A stretch of 64,000 nt of DNA from Eutreptiella sp. 'Long Island Sound 2002' (GCA_964036045.1 OZ038379.1:76632001-76696000), one strand, 5' to 3'; numbered from the stretch's first letter, positions 23,901 to 36,985 are shown. Made by a program: numbers and translations. Notes: generated by a model not told the origin, from the letters alone.

Positions 23901-26900
23901 GCTGCGCCCCGCCACTTCTGGCTGAGGTGTTGGGCTGTGTCTGTGCTCGTGTGCGCGCTCCGCGTGCACCCAGCCACTCCTGGCTTGGGTGCTCGGTGTG
24001 GGTGTGTGTGTGTGGGCTCGGGTTTCGGCTGCGCCCCGCCACTCCTGGCTGGGGTGTTGGGCTGTGTGTGGGCTCGTGTGCGCGCTTCGCTTGCACCCGG
24101 CCACTCCTGGCACGGGTGCGCCGTGGGGGTGTGTGTGTTTGGGCTCGGGTTTTGGCTGCGCCCCGCCACTCCTGGCTGGGGTGTTGGGCTGTGTGTATGC
24201 TCGTGTGTGCGCTCCGCTTCTACCCAGCCACTCCTGGCACGGGTGCGCGGTGTGGGTGTGTGTGTTTGGGCTCAGGTTTCGGCTGCGCCCCGCCACTCCT
24301 GGTTCGGGTGTTGGGCTGTGTGCGTGCTCCGCTTGCACCCAGCCACTCCTGGCACGGGTGAACGGTGTGGGTGTGTGTGTGTGGGCTCGGGTTTCGGCTG
24401 CGCCCCGCCAGTCCTGGCTGGGGTGTTGGGCTGTTTGCGTGCTCCGCTTGCACCGAGCCACTCCTGGCACGGGTGCGCGGTGTTGGTGTGTGTGTTTGGG
24501 CTCGGGTTTCGGCTGCGCCCCGCCACTCCTGACTTGGGTGTTGAGCTGTGTGTGTGCTCCGCTTGCACCCAGCCACTCCTGGCACGGGAGCGCGGTGTGG
24601 GTGTGTGTGTTTGGGCTCCAGTTTCGGCTGCGCCCCGCCACTCCTGGCTGGGGTGTTGGGCTGTGTGCGTGCTCCGCTTGCACCCAGCCACTCCTGGAAC
24701 GGGTGCGCGGTGTGGGTGTGTGTGTTTGGGCTCGGGTTTCGGCTGCAGCCCGCCACTCCTGGCTGGGGTGTTGGGCTGTGTGCGTGCTTCTCTTGCACCC
24801 AGCCACTCCTGGCACGGGTGCGCGGTGTGCGTGTGTGTGTTTGGGCTCGGGTTTCGGGTGCACCCCGCCACTCCTGGCTTGGGTGTTGGGCTGTGTGCGT
24901 GCTCCGCATGCACCCAGCCACTCCTGGCACGGGTGCGCGGTGTGGGTGTGTGTCTTTGGGCTCGGGTTTCGGCTGCGCCCCGCCATTCCTGGCTGGGGTG
25001 TTGGGCTGTGTGTGTGCTCCGCTTGCACCCAGCCACTCCTGGCACGGGTGCGCGGTGTGGGTGTGTGTGTTTGGGCTCGGGTTTTATCTGCGCCCCGCCA
25101 CTCCTGGCTGGGGTGTTGGGCTGTGTGCGTGCTCCGCTTGCACCCAGCCACTCCTGGCACGGGTGCGCGGTGTAGGTGTGTGTGTTTGGGCTCCAGTTTC
25201 GGCTGCGCCCCGCCACTCCTGTCTGAGGTGTTGGGCTGTGTGTGTGCTCGGCTTGCACCCAGCCACTCCTGGCACGGGTGCGCGGTGTGGGTGTGTGTGT
25301 TTGGGCTCGGGTTTCAGCTGCGCCCCGCCACTCCTGGCTGTGGTGTTGGGCTGTGTGTGTGCTCCGCTTGCACCCAGCCACTCCTGGCACGGGTGCGCGG
25401 TGTGGGTGTGTGTGTTTGGGCTCGGGTTTTGGCTGCGCCCCGCCACTCCTGGCTGGGGTGTTGGGCTGTGTGCGTGCTCCGATTGCACCCAGCCACTCCT
25501 GGCACGGGTGCGCGGTGTGGGTGTGTGTGTTTGGGCGCGGGTTTGGGCTGCGCCCTGCCACTCCTGGCTGGGGTGTTGGGCTGTGTGCGTGCTCCGCTTG
25601 CACCCAGCCACTCCTGGCACGGGTGCGCGGTGTAGGTGTGTGTGTTTGGGCTCCAGTTTCAGCTGCGCCCCGCCACTCCTGGCTGTGGTGTTGGGCTGTG
25701 TGTGTGCTCCGCTTGCACCCAGCCACTCCTGGCACGGGTGCGCGGTGTGGGTGTGTGTGTTTGGGCTCGGGTTTTGGCTGCGCCCCGCCACTCCTGGCTG
25801 GGGTGTAGGGCTGTGTGCGTGCTCCGATTGCACCCAGCCACTCCTGGCACGGGTGCGCGGTGTGGGTGTGTGTGTTTGGGCTCGGGTTTCGGCTGCGCCC
25901 CGCCACTCCTGGCTGTGGTGTTGGGCTGTGTGTGTGCTCCGCTTGCACCCAGCCACTCCTGGCATGGGTGCGCGGTGTGGGTGTGTGTGTTTGGGGTCGG
26001 AGTTTGGCTCTGCCCCGCCACTCCTGGCTGGGGTGTTGGGCTGTGTGCGTGCTCCGCTTGCACCCAGCCACTCCTGGCACGGGTGCGCGGTGTGGGTGTG
26101 TGTGTTTGGGCTCGGGTTTCGGCTGCGCCCCGCCACTCCTGGATGGGGTGTTGGGCTGTGTGTGTGCTCCGCTTGCACCCAGCCACTCCTGGCACGGGTG
26201 CGTGGTGCGGGTGTGTGTGTTTGGGCTCGGGTTTCGGCTGCGCCCCGCCACTCCTGGCTGGGGTGTTGGGCTGTGTGCGTGCTCCGCTTGCACCCAGCCA
26301 CTCCTGGCACGGGTGCGCGGTGTGGGTGTGTGTGTTTGGGCTCGGGTTTCCGCTGCGCCCCGCCAGTCCTGGCTAGGGTGTGCGTTGGGTGTGTGTGCTC
26401 GGGCTCGGGTTTCGGCTGCGCCCCGCCACTCCTAGCTGGGGTTTGTGGTGTTTGGGTTGGCTGTTGCCTGGCACCTGTTCGTGTGCCGTGGTTCGTTGCG
26501 TGTTGTGCGCGCTCTCCGGGTTTGTAGCACTCGGCGGCCGTCGCTGCTTGGCACCTGTCCGTGTGCCTTAGTTGTGGCCGGCGGTGTGCCACTCTGGCGT
26601 GTCTCGTGGCCCCGCGTGGTGCGCCGCGCCTCGTCCGGTCCGGTCGCTCTCGGTGCTCCGGTCGGCTTTCCTGTCGCCGTGGTGCCTTTCCCCACCCCGG
26701 GGGCTTGCGCCCTCGGCTTTACTGGGCGGCTGCGCGGGGCACGCGGAGGCCAGCCGAGAACCGGGCTCTTTGTGCCTGCCGCTGGCCCCCGCTGAGGCGG
26801 GGGCGCTGGGCTCGCTCTGCGTCGTACCCGTTCGGGGCCCCGCGATGGGGTTGTCCCTGGCGGGTCCCTCCGGCGTCGGTCTTGGGCTGCGTGCGCTGCG

Positions 26901-26917
26901 GTGGATGGTGTGTGTAG
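20958..26917. mobile_element. 5.96-kb cassette: unique GC-rich arm, 5-kb satellite, unique arm; (GGTA)n at the left end
   Basis: Sits exactly between the two 1366-bp duplicates; begins GGTAGGTAGGTAGG. Confidence 0.6.
21465..26440. repeat. Satellite with about 115-bp monomer (two GCCACTCCTGGC cores each) and a 1712-bp higher-order duplication
   Basis: Monomer spacing 22921 to 23036. Diagnostic variants and ORF-track entries recur at +1712 (22277/23989, 22508/24220, 23530/25242). Confidence 0.95.
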
Positions 26918-28283
26918 GAATTTATTGTTACATCAATTTTCTTGTTATTTGAGCATGTGAACCCGTATTACTGGACCAGCTAGTTGGTGCAGCTCAATGT
27001 TCGTTCACGACTTCATCTTCTTGATGTTGCCTGCTTTGTGCTTGCCAAGAGAATCAATTGGAACGGGGAAATTCATTAAAAACTATTTGATTTTGAAGTG
27101 CAAGACAATGACAAAAGGGTTTTTTGTGCACCCTATTTATAAGCACAATACAGTCCAGTGATCTCAAGTTCCAGCAGGAGGACAACGACGAGCACGACGC
27201 GCAGCAGCTGGGCCAGCGAACGCTGTTCAAGTAAAGTGAGTTCCTTGCTTGAATTTATCAAAGCGTTTGAGAAACCTTGGGATCTCGAAGGTATACTTCT
27301 TCCTAGCGTCAAAGAGCCTTCATATAAATTTGAAAAGTCGAAGAGCGTAGCGTAAAGCGACCTTTACGATAAGATGACGACGCCAGAGGCTGCAGAAGAG
27401 TTCGAAAAGGGCTCCAGTAGGTTTATTTCATTGAGCTTGGTGAACGTTTTGAAGGATTTTTAGTTAACAAGAAGTTTCAAATATGTGGTGAACTTGGACA
27501 ACTGAAAGCAACTTGCCAGAGCTTCAGCGACGACCACGACAACTTCTACAACGACGACGTGTTGCGAGAGCGCTTCAAGCGATCTTCTGCAGGCTCTCTT
27601 GAGGCTCTTTGAGGACTAGGGCCATGGATTGTGTTGTTTTTGTTTGGCACCTTTTGCATACTTGTGGTGGTGCTTAACAAAGCGTTACTTCTCCTTGCTT
27701 ACGGTCCTACTAGTTGACCCTGTGTCAAGGGAAGGGGCAACAAGGACAATCGCTGACTATAAAACCCCACCCCAGTCACAGTTGACTCTCTTTGGAGCCC
27801 AAGAAGCTTTGAAATCCTTATAATCTCTTCCCATTCTTTGATGAGCCAAAAGGCCAAAAATTTCGAAAAAGGCCTACCTCATTTCACGCGTATGTTCACG
27901 TCAGTGCATCAAAACGCGCGAACGAAAGCGCCATTGTGAAGTAGACAGCGTCAGCTTTAAAATACAACTTTCACTTTGTTTCAAGCCGACAAGGGCTTTC
28001 TTCCGTGATATTTCCAAATGCCCCATGAATCACTTTTTGCCCAACCCTCTAAAACACCCAGAAATGACATTTGGTGTTTTACGCATATCTTCGCGCCATT
28101 ATGCTGAAAACCTCTGAACCAAGCATTTTTGAAAAGTACACAGTGGTTTGCTTCTATTGCATACTTACTCCTCTGAAATGTATTTTTTCGCAATTTTTCC
28201 GATTCCCAACAATGTCACCCATGAACCACAACCCAGAAACCCCACAAACGTGCCTTTTGTGGTTCCTTCATATCTCCATGAGA
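26918..28283 (+). repeat. Copy 2 of the 1366-bp duplication
   Basis: See copy 1. Confidence 0.92.
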
Positions 28284-29606
28284 AAAAAGGTTTGAGGTTT
28301 GATATTATTTTTCTTAACAACACTAAGTATGTGCTTTCTAACCCTGAGTCGTTTTTGTTTTCAAAAAATAAGAATGACTATGGTAAAAATGCCACACGTT
28401 ACCACACAAACCACTTGCTGAAAAAACATGCAAAATGGTTTTGGAGTTTTAATCATTTCTCTGGGACCATGGTGAATTCGAACGTGAACCAAGGTGTTTT
28501 GCAAACACTGGAGCATGGAGTTCCGATAACATGTTTACTTTGAATTTTTGTGGTCAAGAATGTAATGTTCCCAAGGTAGTCAACTTCGTTCATGAAAACA
28601 TGTACTCACACTTTTGGATCATGATGCTACAGGAAAAAGACCTTTCTCAGAGCCTGTGGTGAGTTGAACAGTCATCAAAGCTGTTTTGGAAAGGTGATGG
28701 TGTCTAGGTTGCAGATATATGGTCCTTATATTTTTTAGAAAATGGGATGACAGGGAAAAAGCAGATTTCCTGATACTTCTTTTGAGAGTTTTTCAGCATG
28801 TGTTAAATGTGAGATTTATGTATCCCCCCCCAACTTCTATTTCTCTGAAACTGTGATGAGTTGGGGCAGCATCAAATATGTTTCGGAAATTTGAGGACAT
28901 GCCCTACACAGTGCATATAGCGTTTTTCTAACATCTCAGCAGCATAGTACAGAAAACTGGTGCGGAAGCTGGGCATTTTCAAGGAAAAATAGGTTTTTAC
29001 ATCATTGTTTTGCTAAACCGTTCGCCAATCTTCAGTCTTCTAACCTTGAATCATTGTATGATATTGCAGTTTGTGATTGTTTGCAGCGGTTTTGATTCAG
29101 TCTAACTAGGATTAGCATAGGTAGAAACGTAGATACCTTAGAATTACTTTAGACACCCAATAAATGGCGAACCATTTTGTTGTCTTTTTCGGCCACAAAA
29201 CAAACTTGGCCACAACCATTAACAGAGCGCTTGCGACCGCCACATTCACCGTCCTATCTGCTCGGAGACTCCTCCGACCCTAGGGCCCTGATTACAGGGT
29301 ACCCGATGGTGCGTAGGGTCCACGAGTTGGACATTGTCCTGGTAGCCGCGCAGACGGAGTTTGGGCCGTTGCGGTGAAATAGGGCACCGAGGACGAGGAT
29401 GGAGAAAGACGGGTGTGAGCCGAAGGCAGAAGAGAAGACTCAATGCAGGAGCAGGCAAGTGGAATATATAAAGAACGCGCTCGACCAAACCAGTGGCATT
29501 GACCTCTCTCGGGGTTCTTGTGACCATTCTCCGAGGAGCGAGATTTGTGATGGTACATGGCCGCGGGAGAAGCTTGCAAAATATACTTACTCTTACTTAC
29601 TTGCTC

Positions 29607-29636
29607 TAGCTAGCTAGCTAGCTAACTAGCTAGTGT
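29607..29636. repeat. (TAGC)n microsatellite
   Basis: CTAGCTAGCTAGCTAGCTAACTAGCTAG. Confidence 0.9.
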
Positions 29637-32560
29637 AGGAGATGGATTGACTTTTATGGTATTATAATCCTAATGCTAATGGTTCAGTGTTACCTGAACT
29701 TAATGTCTCTGGTCCTCCCCCTGTTGGGCAGGGTGGTGAGGAGAAGTGCCGCAAGGCACTGGTATTGTAATAGAGATAAGCATTACAGTAGGTGCAGGCC
29801 GGGAGGTTAGCGTGCAATACCTTTTAACTGATTTTCATCTCTTTACCGTAGCGCCCGACATGGTTCAATGTAGCTCTAAGCACGGTCCGTGCCCTCTATT
29901 GGGTTGCTGAGACTCTGCATGGACTAGATGACTTCTGGTCACGGTCCGCCACTCATGCTTGTGCTGAGACCCTTTCTGGAAGCCTGAATTTGTCAAGGTA
30001 TTTCATTTGAGCACAATTGCATTTGAGCTAGGAAGTGATTTGTCCTCATTTCACTCTACCATGCACCTCATCATTCATTGCATGGCCGTCAAGGCAAGCG
30101 TTTGACTAGTGACATGTTCTACTCTCCATTCGGATTTAATTTCACTCATTTCGTTCGGTGGGGTCAGTCATTCTTTGCATTTCACTTTGCAAATCTTACA
30201 TTTCATACTTATTATATTACTTCCTCATTGCAAGGACTTGCCTAAACGCTCAACATGCAATAGGGTCCGTAATTGATCTGACCTACGAAGTTCTATGAGC
30301 ACCATTTGCTCAATAGACCCCGAATTTTGGATCGCAGCGACGAAAAATCAATTTGTATCCACTCAGGTTTTGTTGATTCACTGCAAGTTATGAGGAATGA
30401 ATCTCTTTTCCAACCCTCGCGAGCATTGACCTAGGCCATTTGGTCTAAAGAGCTAGTTTATCCTCAAATTTGCTACCGGGTAAATTCCGCTTCGTTAACT
30501 TTCGCTAGATCCCCAGGTACAGCCTCAATTACCGGGTTTGAGAGTGCTCAATTGAGTGTGCGCAGTCTACAGCATCACATTCTCTATCCCCGCGACCAAA
30601 GCATCAGATGCATGACAGACCTGATTGAATTTTTCTCAGACATTCCCTCCCTCATCACAACACACATAAAACCCACACACAAACACATACCATGAACCGT
30701 TGGATTATTCCATTTGTGTCTTGGGATATCACACTCTGAGGTATGGCTGTAGTACCACTTCCATCAAATTTAGTGCTTACCAGCCAATTTCTAAGTCATT
30801 TTCTTCGTGTAGATAGTCAGTGTCCACTTACAGGAGCCGGCATTGGTCTCACCCCGCCACATCTTTTTTGAGTAACACAAGTGAACAGGTTTAAGCTTGG
30901 TCACTTAGCCGGTGACTTGGCTAATGCATGCCGCGATGCGTTAGTGAAGAGTCCTACGCCGGTAGCCAACGAGACCAGCGGTGCACTACGGTAGGCTCAT
31001 TGAAAAGGATTATCGAAAGGTATCGAAGGCCTAAAGTTATGGGCTTCTACCCTCGCGCAGGTAAATAAGTACTTTCCCTGCAGTGGGATACACCCCTTAT
31101 CTTGCGATAGAGATAGATGACGGAGTTAAGCTCCACGAGGATGGCTTGAATCCTGGTATTCAGTTGAGCAGAATGCACTTTTCATGTATGAAGGGAGGCC
31201 CCCGCACGGATGCCTTTGTACAACCATTTGTTGGGCAAGGGGCTCACCGTGATTGGTCTTCCGGTAAGGTACAGAACACACTCTAACTACAATAGCATTT
31301 TTCGGAGATTTACTACTTCTACTTGTCTGAGACAACCTACCAATGATCCATTTCGCATATGAGGCAATTGGGACCGTCCAGTCGCGTAAAATATTCGTTG
31401 GCTTGCATCAGAGCTGAACGGCTTTCGAAGGAAAGACCCGACCTTTCGAACTTTTTCACTTACTAGTTACCTACTTTGTTTCCAACCAACCCGAGGGGAC
31501 CAACCCACCCCTACTCGTAAACCCAACCCCTACAGTCACACATACCATTCAATGGCTTTGGTCATTTTTAGCACTTTGCCACAACCCATACATCTTCTTT
31601 CTCTTAGTTTACATGATGAACACACTTCTACATTTTCACCCTTTCGTGCAGATTGCTTGCATTGGTGATCTAAGTCATTTAGGACATTTCTACACAAATC
31701 AGTATTCCTGCTAGCTTCATATCTCATTAAATGTCTGTGGGCTATGTCCTACTGAGGATCATGATTCATATGCTCTGCATTTGAGGCCCGGAGCATTTTC
31801 CGTGATGGAATATTGCTTCTTTTGTAAATAATTTCTAGGCATGTTGGACAACTGACGTTTCAGCTTTGTTGTCTAGAGATAGTAGGAGAGTATGAGTAAA
31901 AGGTTCGTAATGACGGGCCATATCTTTCAAGGCTTTTTTGGTTGAAGTATTAGTATAAATCCCCATACCCCCAGACGGATTAAGCCCCATGGCCGGGATA
32001 AGAAAGAGCAGATCCGGGTCAGGTGACTTTTCTCATTGTGACTGCCACCTCCCCACACACACACACACTTTGAGTTATCCCTACCCGCTAAACTAATCAT
32101 CAGTTAGTCATTACTGATGCTGCCTCACTTTCTGTGTCCATGTAATGCAGGCCAAGAAACCCATTGCATCAAATAGGTACCACAGTTCATTCATTGCATT
32201 AGGTAGCCACATGTAACGCGTCCTTTGAGTAAGGTGGTATATCCTCTCTTTGGATGACGTAGACAAGTCATATCAATAGACAGCTTGGGCAGAGCTGGAA
32301 TTTCCAGTTTAACCCCACATGTTGCATTTCATTTGTCAATTGTGATTGATTTTCCGTATAGCTCATTGTAATTTATACGTCTACACCCAGGTGTGTTACA
32401 CTTACCCTCAATTTTTGCCTGAAGATTTAGGTTATCATTGTTGATACCTTGTGTGCTAGCTTTTTGCTGGGTGTTTCTCATTTTTCATTTTGGAGTTCTA
32501 CAATGCCTACTCAAGACATAGGAACTTTACAATCTTAGGTGGAGATACATCTTCACCTCT

Positions 32561-32570
32561 AGGAAGGGGG
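32561..32570 (+). promoter_or_regulatory. Probable polypurine tract of the nested LTR element
   Basis: AGGAAGGGGG is followed by TAGTAAGAC (resembling LTR start TGTAATAC) exactly where the LINE interrupts the 3' LTR. Confidence 0.6.
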
Positions 32571-32576
32571 TAGTAA

Positions 32577-35500
32577 GACAATACAATAGACACTCAGAAC
32601 ATGCCTTTGTGCCAATCCATGGGCGAATCCCTCATCTTCCTCGGAGGACCACCCTCCTTCGACATCGACACTTCCTTCATTGACAAGATGATGACCAACT
32701 CCCCCAAACTCCCAAACAACGTCCCACATTCCAAATTCACTAGGCAATTTTTCGACCACTTACTTACCAACGCCAAACCGTACACCGCCCCTGGTTTTGA
32801 TGACACCTCTCTCTACCTCCTCTTTGTGGTTCCCCATAACATACAAACCTTCATCTACAACTTATGCTCTGCTCTCATTACCACTAATATCCCCTTTCAC
32901 TGGCTCAAAGCCAAAATATTTCTCCTCTATAAAAAAGGAGACCCACACTTACCCACAAACTACCGTCCCATCGCTCTCCTCAACTCTATTTACAAAATAC
33001 TTGCTTCTTATGGAGCCTCTACCCTTAGTTACTACTCCACCACATACAAACTCACTAACAACACACAATACAGAGGTTTACCCAACCACCGCACCACTGA
33101 CCACATCTTCTCCATGATCGCCAATCTCCCTCTCCACCCCGACATCTACCACCTCTACCTCGACCTAAACAAGGCTTTCAACTCCGTCCCCCACAATGCT
33201 CTCTGGACAATTCTCTCCAATTACAACATACCTACCTACCTAATCAACCTCATTAAAAACCTTTACGCCGCCCCGTATGACTACCCCATAGTCAACGGTT
33301 TTGCTCTCCTCGCTGCACACTGCATACGAGGACTCCGACAAGGATGCCCCATGTCACCCATTCTCTTCAACCTCTTTGTCGATCCCATCATTCTCCACAT
33401 TAAAACTCTTCTCCCCGCAAAAGAATTTCACGCCCTATTCTCCTTCATTGATGACATCCCGCTCCAAACTAAATCACCCCACACCCTCCACAAAATCCTT
33501 CACTTCCTGTTCACCGAAGGGCCCCTATACGGCCTCTCTTTCAACGCCACCAAATCCAAACTTCACGCACTCAACAACGCTCCCCACGTAACCATCCGCA
33601 TCTCCTCTTCTACTCACTTCAGCACTTTTGATAATAGTGGTAACCCCCAAAGTTTTTACAAATACCTTGGCACTTACTTCTTCAACCAAAGACAAAATAC
33701 CCATATGTATCAACTCTTGGTGAACACCATCAATTCCTTCTTTGCCAACCTCTCCACTCTCCCCCTCAAACACAACGAAATTATCAAACTCTCCAACATT
33801 CAACTCATTCCTACGCTCACCTACCGCCTTATCTACAACTCCCTTCCTCAAGATAAACTCGACAAACTAGACGCTCTCATATGGACTCACATCTCCAAGT
33901 CTGGCAAACTCTCTTATTGCACCCCTAACAAAACTAAATACTCCTCTAATGCTTCCTTTGGCCTCAATATTACCAAAGTCTCTATCACAACACACTTACA
34001 AACCATCAACCAAACCCTACGGTACTCCTTTCGCCATGGCCCCCAAAACGCCAATGAAACAGTCATCAACACCCTGCTCACTGACTCCTACGAACCCAGC
34101 CTGCTTCAACACATGACTGCCTCCTCCGCCAAATTTCTAGGCTACCACTGTCACAACATCCCAAACATTAACCCCTTCCTGCTTAACCAACTCCCTGCTC
34201 ACACGCCAACAGAAATAGCCTTCACCTACTACCAGTCTGCCACTGATCCACCCACCTACTCTACCACTCAGAACACTCAGCATCCCAAAAGGACCACAAT
34301 CTGGCACTTAGGCACTCTGGATCACCCCAACTCGAACAAAACCACAGCGACTTTCCCCGACATGACTGTCCCGATCACTAACAACAACAGATTCCGCCTC
34401 CCCACCAACACCACTAACGATCCCAAAGCCATAGCTATCCCTACCTATCCTCGAAATCCTCCAGACACTACCTCCTTTCCCTATGCCTTCAGCAGTTCCG
34501 ATTTTAGCCCTTCATTTCTCCAATTCACTCTGGTGCACAACATACCCAAACCAAAACCGGACCACCTCCACTTCTGGGGTTGCCACGACCTCAGACAGGC
34601 TCTTCTCACCTATCCTACGGCCACTGTATGCTACACGGACGGTACTGACGACCAAAAAAATGACAGACCTTCAGGTTCTGCGGCCACATTCAATACCGCA
34701 CCTCCCATTACCATCTGCAACACATCCCCCATCACAGGCTCATACCCGGCACAGATATTTGCCATCATCCTCACCACACTCCTGCGCTCTCTCCCCACAT
34801 TACCCCAACCCATAATTTTCGCCATAGACAATTTGATTGTCTGCAGCACTCTACAACTCATCCAGCAGACAAAATTTAACCCCTTCACTGCCAGTAGCAA
34901 CCCTTTCTGCCTCTGGTACTCCCACATCTGGACCTTTCTCCATTCATCACCTCTTCATATGATTTTTACTTGGATTAAAGGTCACGCTGACTTTCCAGGC
35001 AATGACTACTCTGACGCCATCTCTAAATGGGCCTCCAATAACATCAACTACCCCCCAGGATCACACCAACCAAGTTCCACTTACTTCATTTATCACCAGT
35101 GCACACCACTCCCAGGTAAGGTATCCCTTGAATCTGTCAAAACCTTACTCCCTGCACACTCTCACAATAACATACACCTCTCCATGAGCAGAGATTTTTA
35201 CTCTCATACCTCATGGTTTTCCCGTTTCCCCTTCAAATGGGTTAATGGTATGTAGGGTTGCACTGGTTACCGACCACACTACATCCTTAATAAATACCCC
35301 TGCCCCAAATGTCTCCAGAAACACCCTCTGGACCCAATAACAGTGGTAGCTGAATGCACAGCCACTGCACACCTACGCCAAGCCATCATCAACGCCTGGC
35401 CTTCCCCTTTCAACGACCTCATTTCCGATTGGTGGACCACTGCAACACTGGGTGACCGCCGCAACTTCATCCGTACACTGATTCCTAACTCTCTCAGTAA

Positions 35501-36220
35501 CCTTCTCCGTTCACCCCCACCTGCACTCACCTACACTCAACACAGAAATCACCTCTACTCTGCCATGAATAAACGACGCCAACGCCTCAAAACAACACTG
35601 CAAGACGTCCAACAGTGGCTCAGAAATAACCCCATACCAGACCTGCACACTCTGCAGCCAGACACCACTGACAACCCCTGGAAAAACTCAGTCTCCATCT
35701 ACAGCACATCAGCCCACAACCCCACTCAACTCTCTTTCCCAAAAAATTAAATCACCCGCCCCCATCAACAAACATCCAAACAAAAAGCGCTCTGGTGCTG
35801 CCTGCCGCACAGTCACTAAGACAGACACTCTCAACCTCACTTCACCTTCACTCCACGGGTCACAGTTCCCCAACACTTCAGTGTGAAAGGAGATTAAGCT
35901 CCACTAGCGACCGGGGGGTCTCCGCCCCGCACTGAATTTCCGGGAAAGGTGTCCTCCTCCCGCAGTTTTTTTTTCTTTTCTTTTTTTACCCGCTCTCCGT
36001 CATCCACCTCTTCTCTGTCAACTGCAGCCCCCCCCCCCCCCTGTGCCTCGCATGGGACACACACACACACCTCGGCGCACCCACGCCCTGGAGTAGTGCG
36101 TGAATGAGTCGGGAGCTCGGCCTAAGGCCCTGCCCTAGGTACCCGCGCCCCATGCAGCCAGTCTCTGTCCTCCTTTTGCTTCTCTCCGTCATTCACCTCT
36201 TCTCTGTCAACTGCAGCCCC
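32577..36220 (+). mobile_element. 5'-truncated LINE with RT, RNase H and C-terminal Cys/His motif, inserted in the first about 15 bp of the 3' LTR
   Basis: Frame is open from 32577. LTR sequence resumes at 36221 (CATTTGGGCCTCTCAG = LTR position about 16). No endonuclease domain present. Confidence 0.9.
32601..35750 (+). pseudogene. LINE ORF2 (RT-RNase H); 884-aa open frame, one in-frame TAG at 35253-35255, then continuation
   Basis: APGFDD; LLYKKGD..NYRPIALLN..YKILA; DLNKAFNSV; LRQGCPMSPILFN; FIDDI; KYLG; YTDG..WIKGH..GNDYSD; after the stop, CPKCLQKH..VAEC. Confidence 0.95.
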
Positions 36221-36712
36221 CATTTGGGCCTCTCAGAAGCTTTCCAGAGGATCTCTACTTGACCCCTCAGAGCTTCAAGATCCTAGAACACTAGGATATT
36301 TGCTGATATTTGGCTCATATTCCAAGCCTATAGCTTACTGCTAGAGTCTACTGCTCTTAGGTACACTACACAGAGTAGAGATCTAGGATACATTTGTAGC
36401 TATACATGAATAATCACATTCCATATGCTTATAATGTGATTTAATCATTTTTCATGACATTTTAGAAGATTCTAATGTATTAGAAGCTATTTTGAAGCTA
36501 CTTCGAAGCTTCAGATGGCCTGTCGCGACTGTCGCTGTCTTTTGTCGCCGACAGCGATTTACGTAATCTTGGCAGGCCTGTGACTCAATAGACTTCTCAG
36601 AACGTTGCTAAAATATACGTTTCGTTGCCTTTTTAATGAGTATTTATTGTTACATCAATTTTCTTGGTATTTAGGCATGCGAACCCGTATTACTAGATTG
36701 GGGCCACTCGAG

Positions 36713-36985
36713 GCAGGCGACGGCAAAATGCGGCAGGGAGCGACAGGAAGGCGACAGGGTGGCGAGAGGAAGACGACAGGGTGGCGACAGGAAAACAACA
36801 GGAAAGCGGCAGGAAAGCGGCAGGGAAGCGACAGGAAGCGACAGGCAGGCGACAGGGAGGCGTCAGGGGATGTGCGACAGGAGGGCAACTGGGAAGCGAC
36901 AGGGCGGCGACAGGGTGGCGACAGGGAGACGACAGGAAAGCAACAGAAAACAAGACATAGCGACAGGATAAGCGACAGGAAAGCG
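36713..36985 (+). repeat. Subterminal (GGCGACAGGNA)-type minisatellite, left
   Basis: Repeated CGACAGG units. Confidence 0.9.

Noticed and set aside
21465-26440. CRISPR-like array (palindromic repeat with spacers)
   Set aside because: Spacers are themselves repeated, not unique; the context is eukaryotic and there are no cas genes.
21089-26592. Many 400-870 aa ORFs on both strands
   Set aside because: They arise from a stop-poor 115-bp satellite; translations are just the monomer in rotating frames.
28500-28640. RT-like NEVDYLGNI string on minus inside the nested LTR element
   Set aside because: Isolated, opposite to the element orientation implied by the PPT, and bounded by stops.
31536-31870. 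Cys-rich relic (SCPTCLEI..CSSC..CMGC) on minus
   Set aside because: Interrupted by stops, and the pattern does not fit a defined zinc-finger family.
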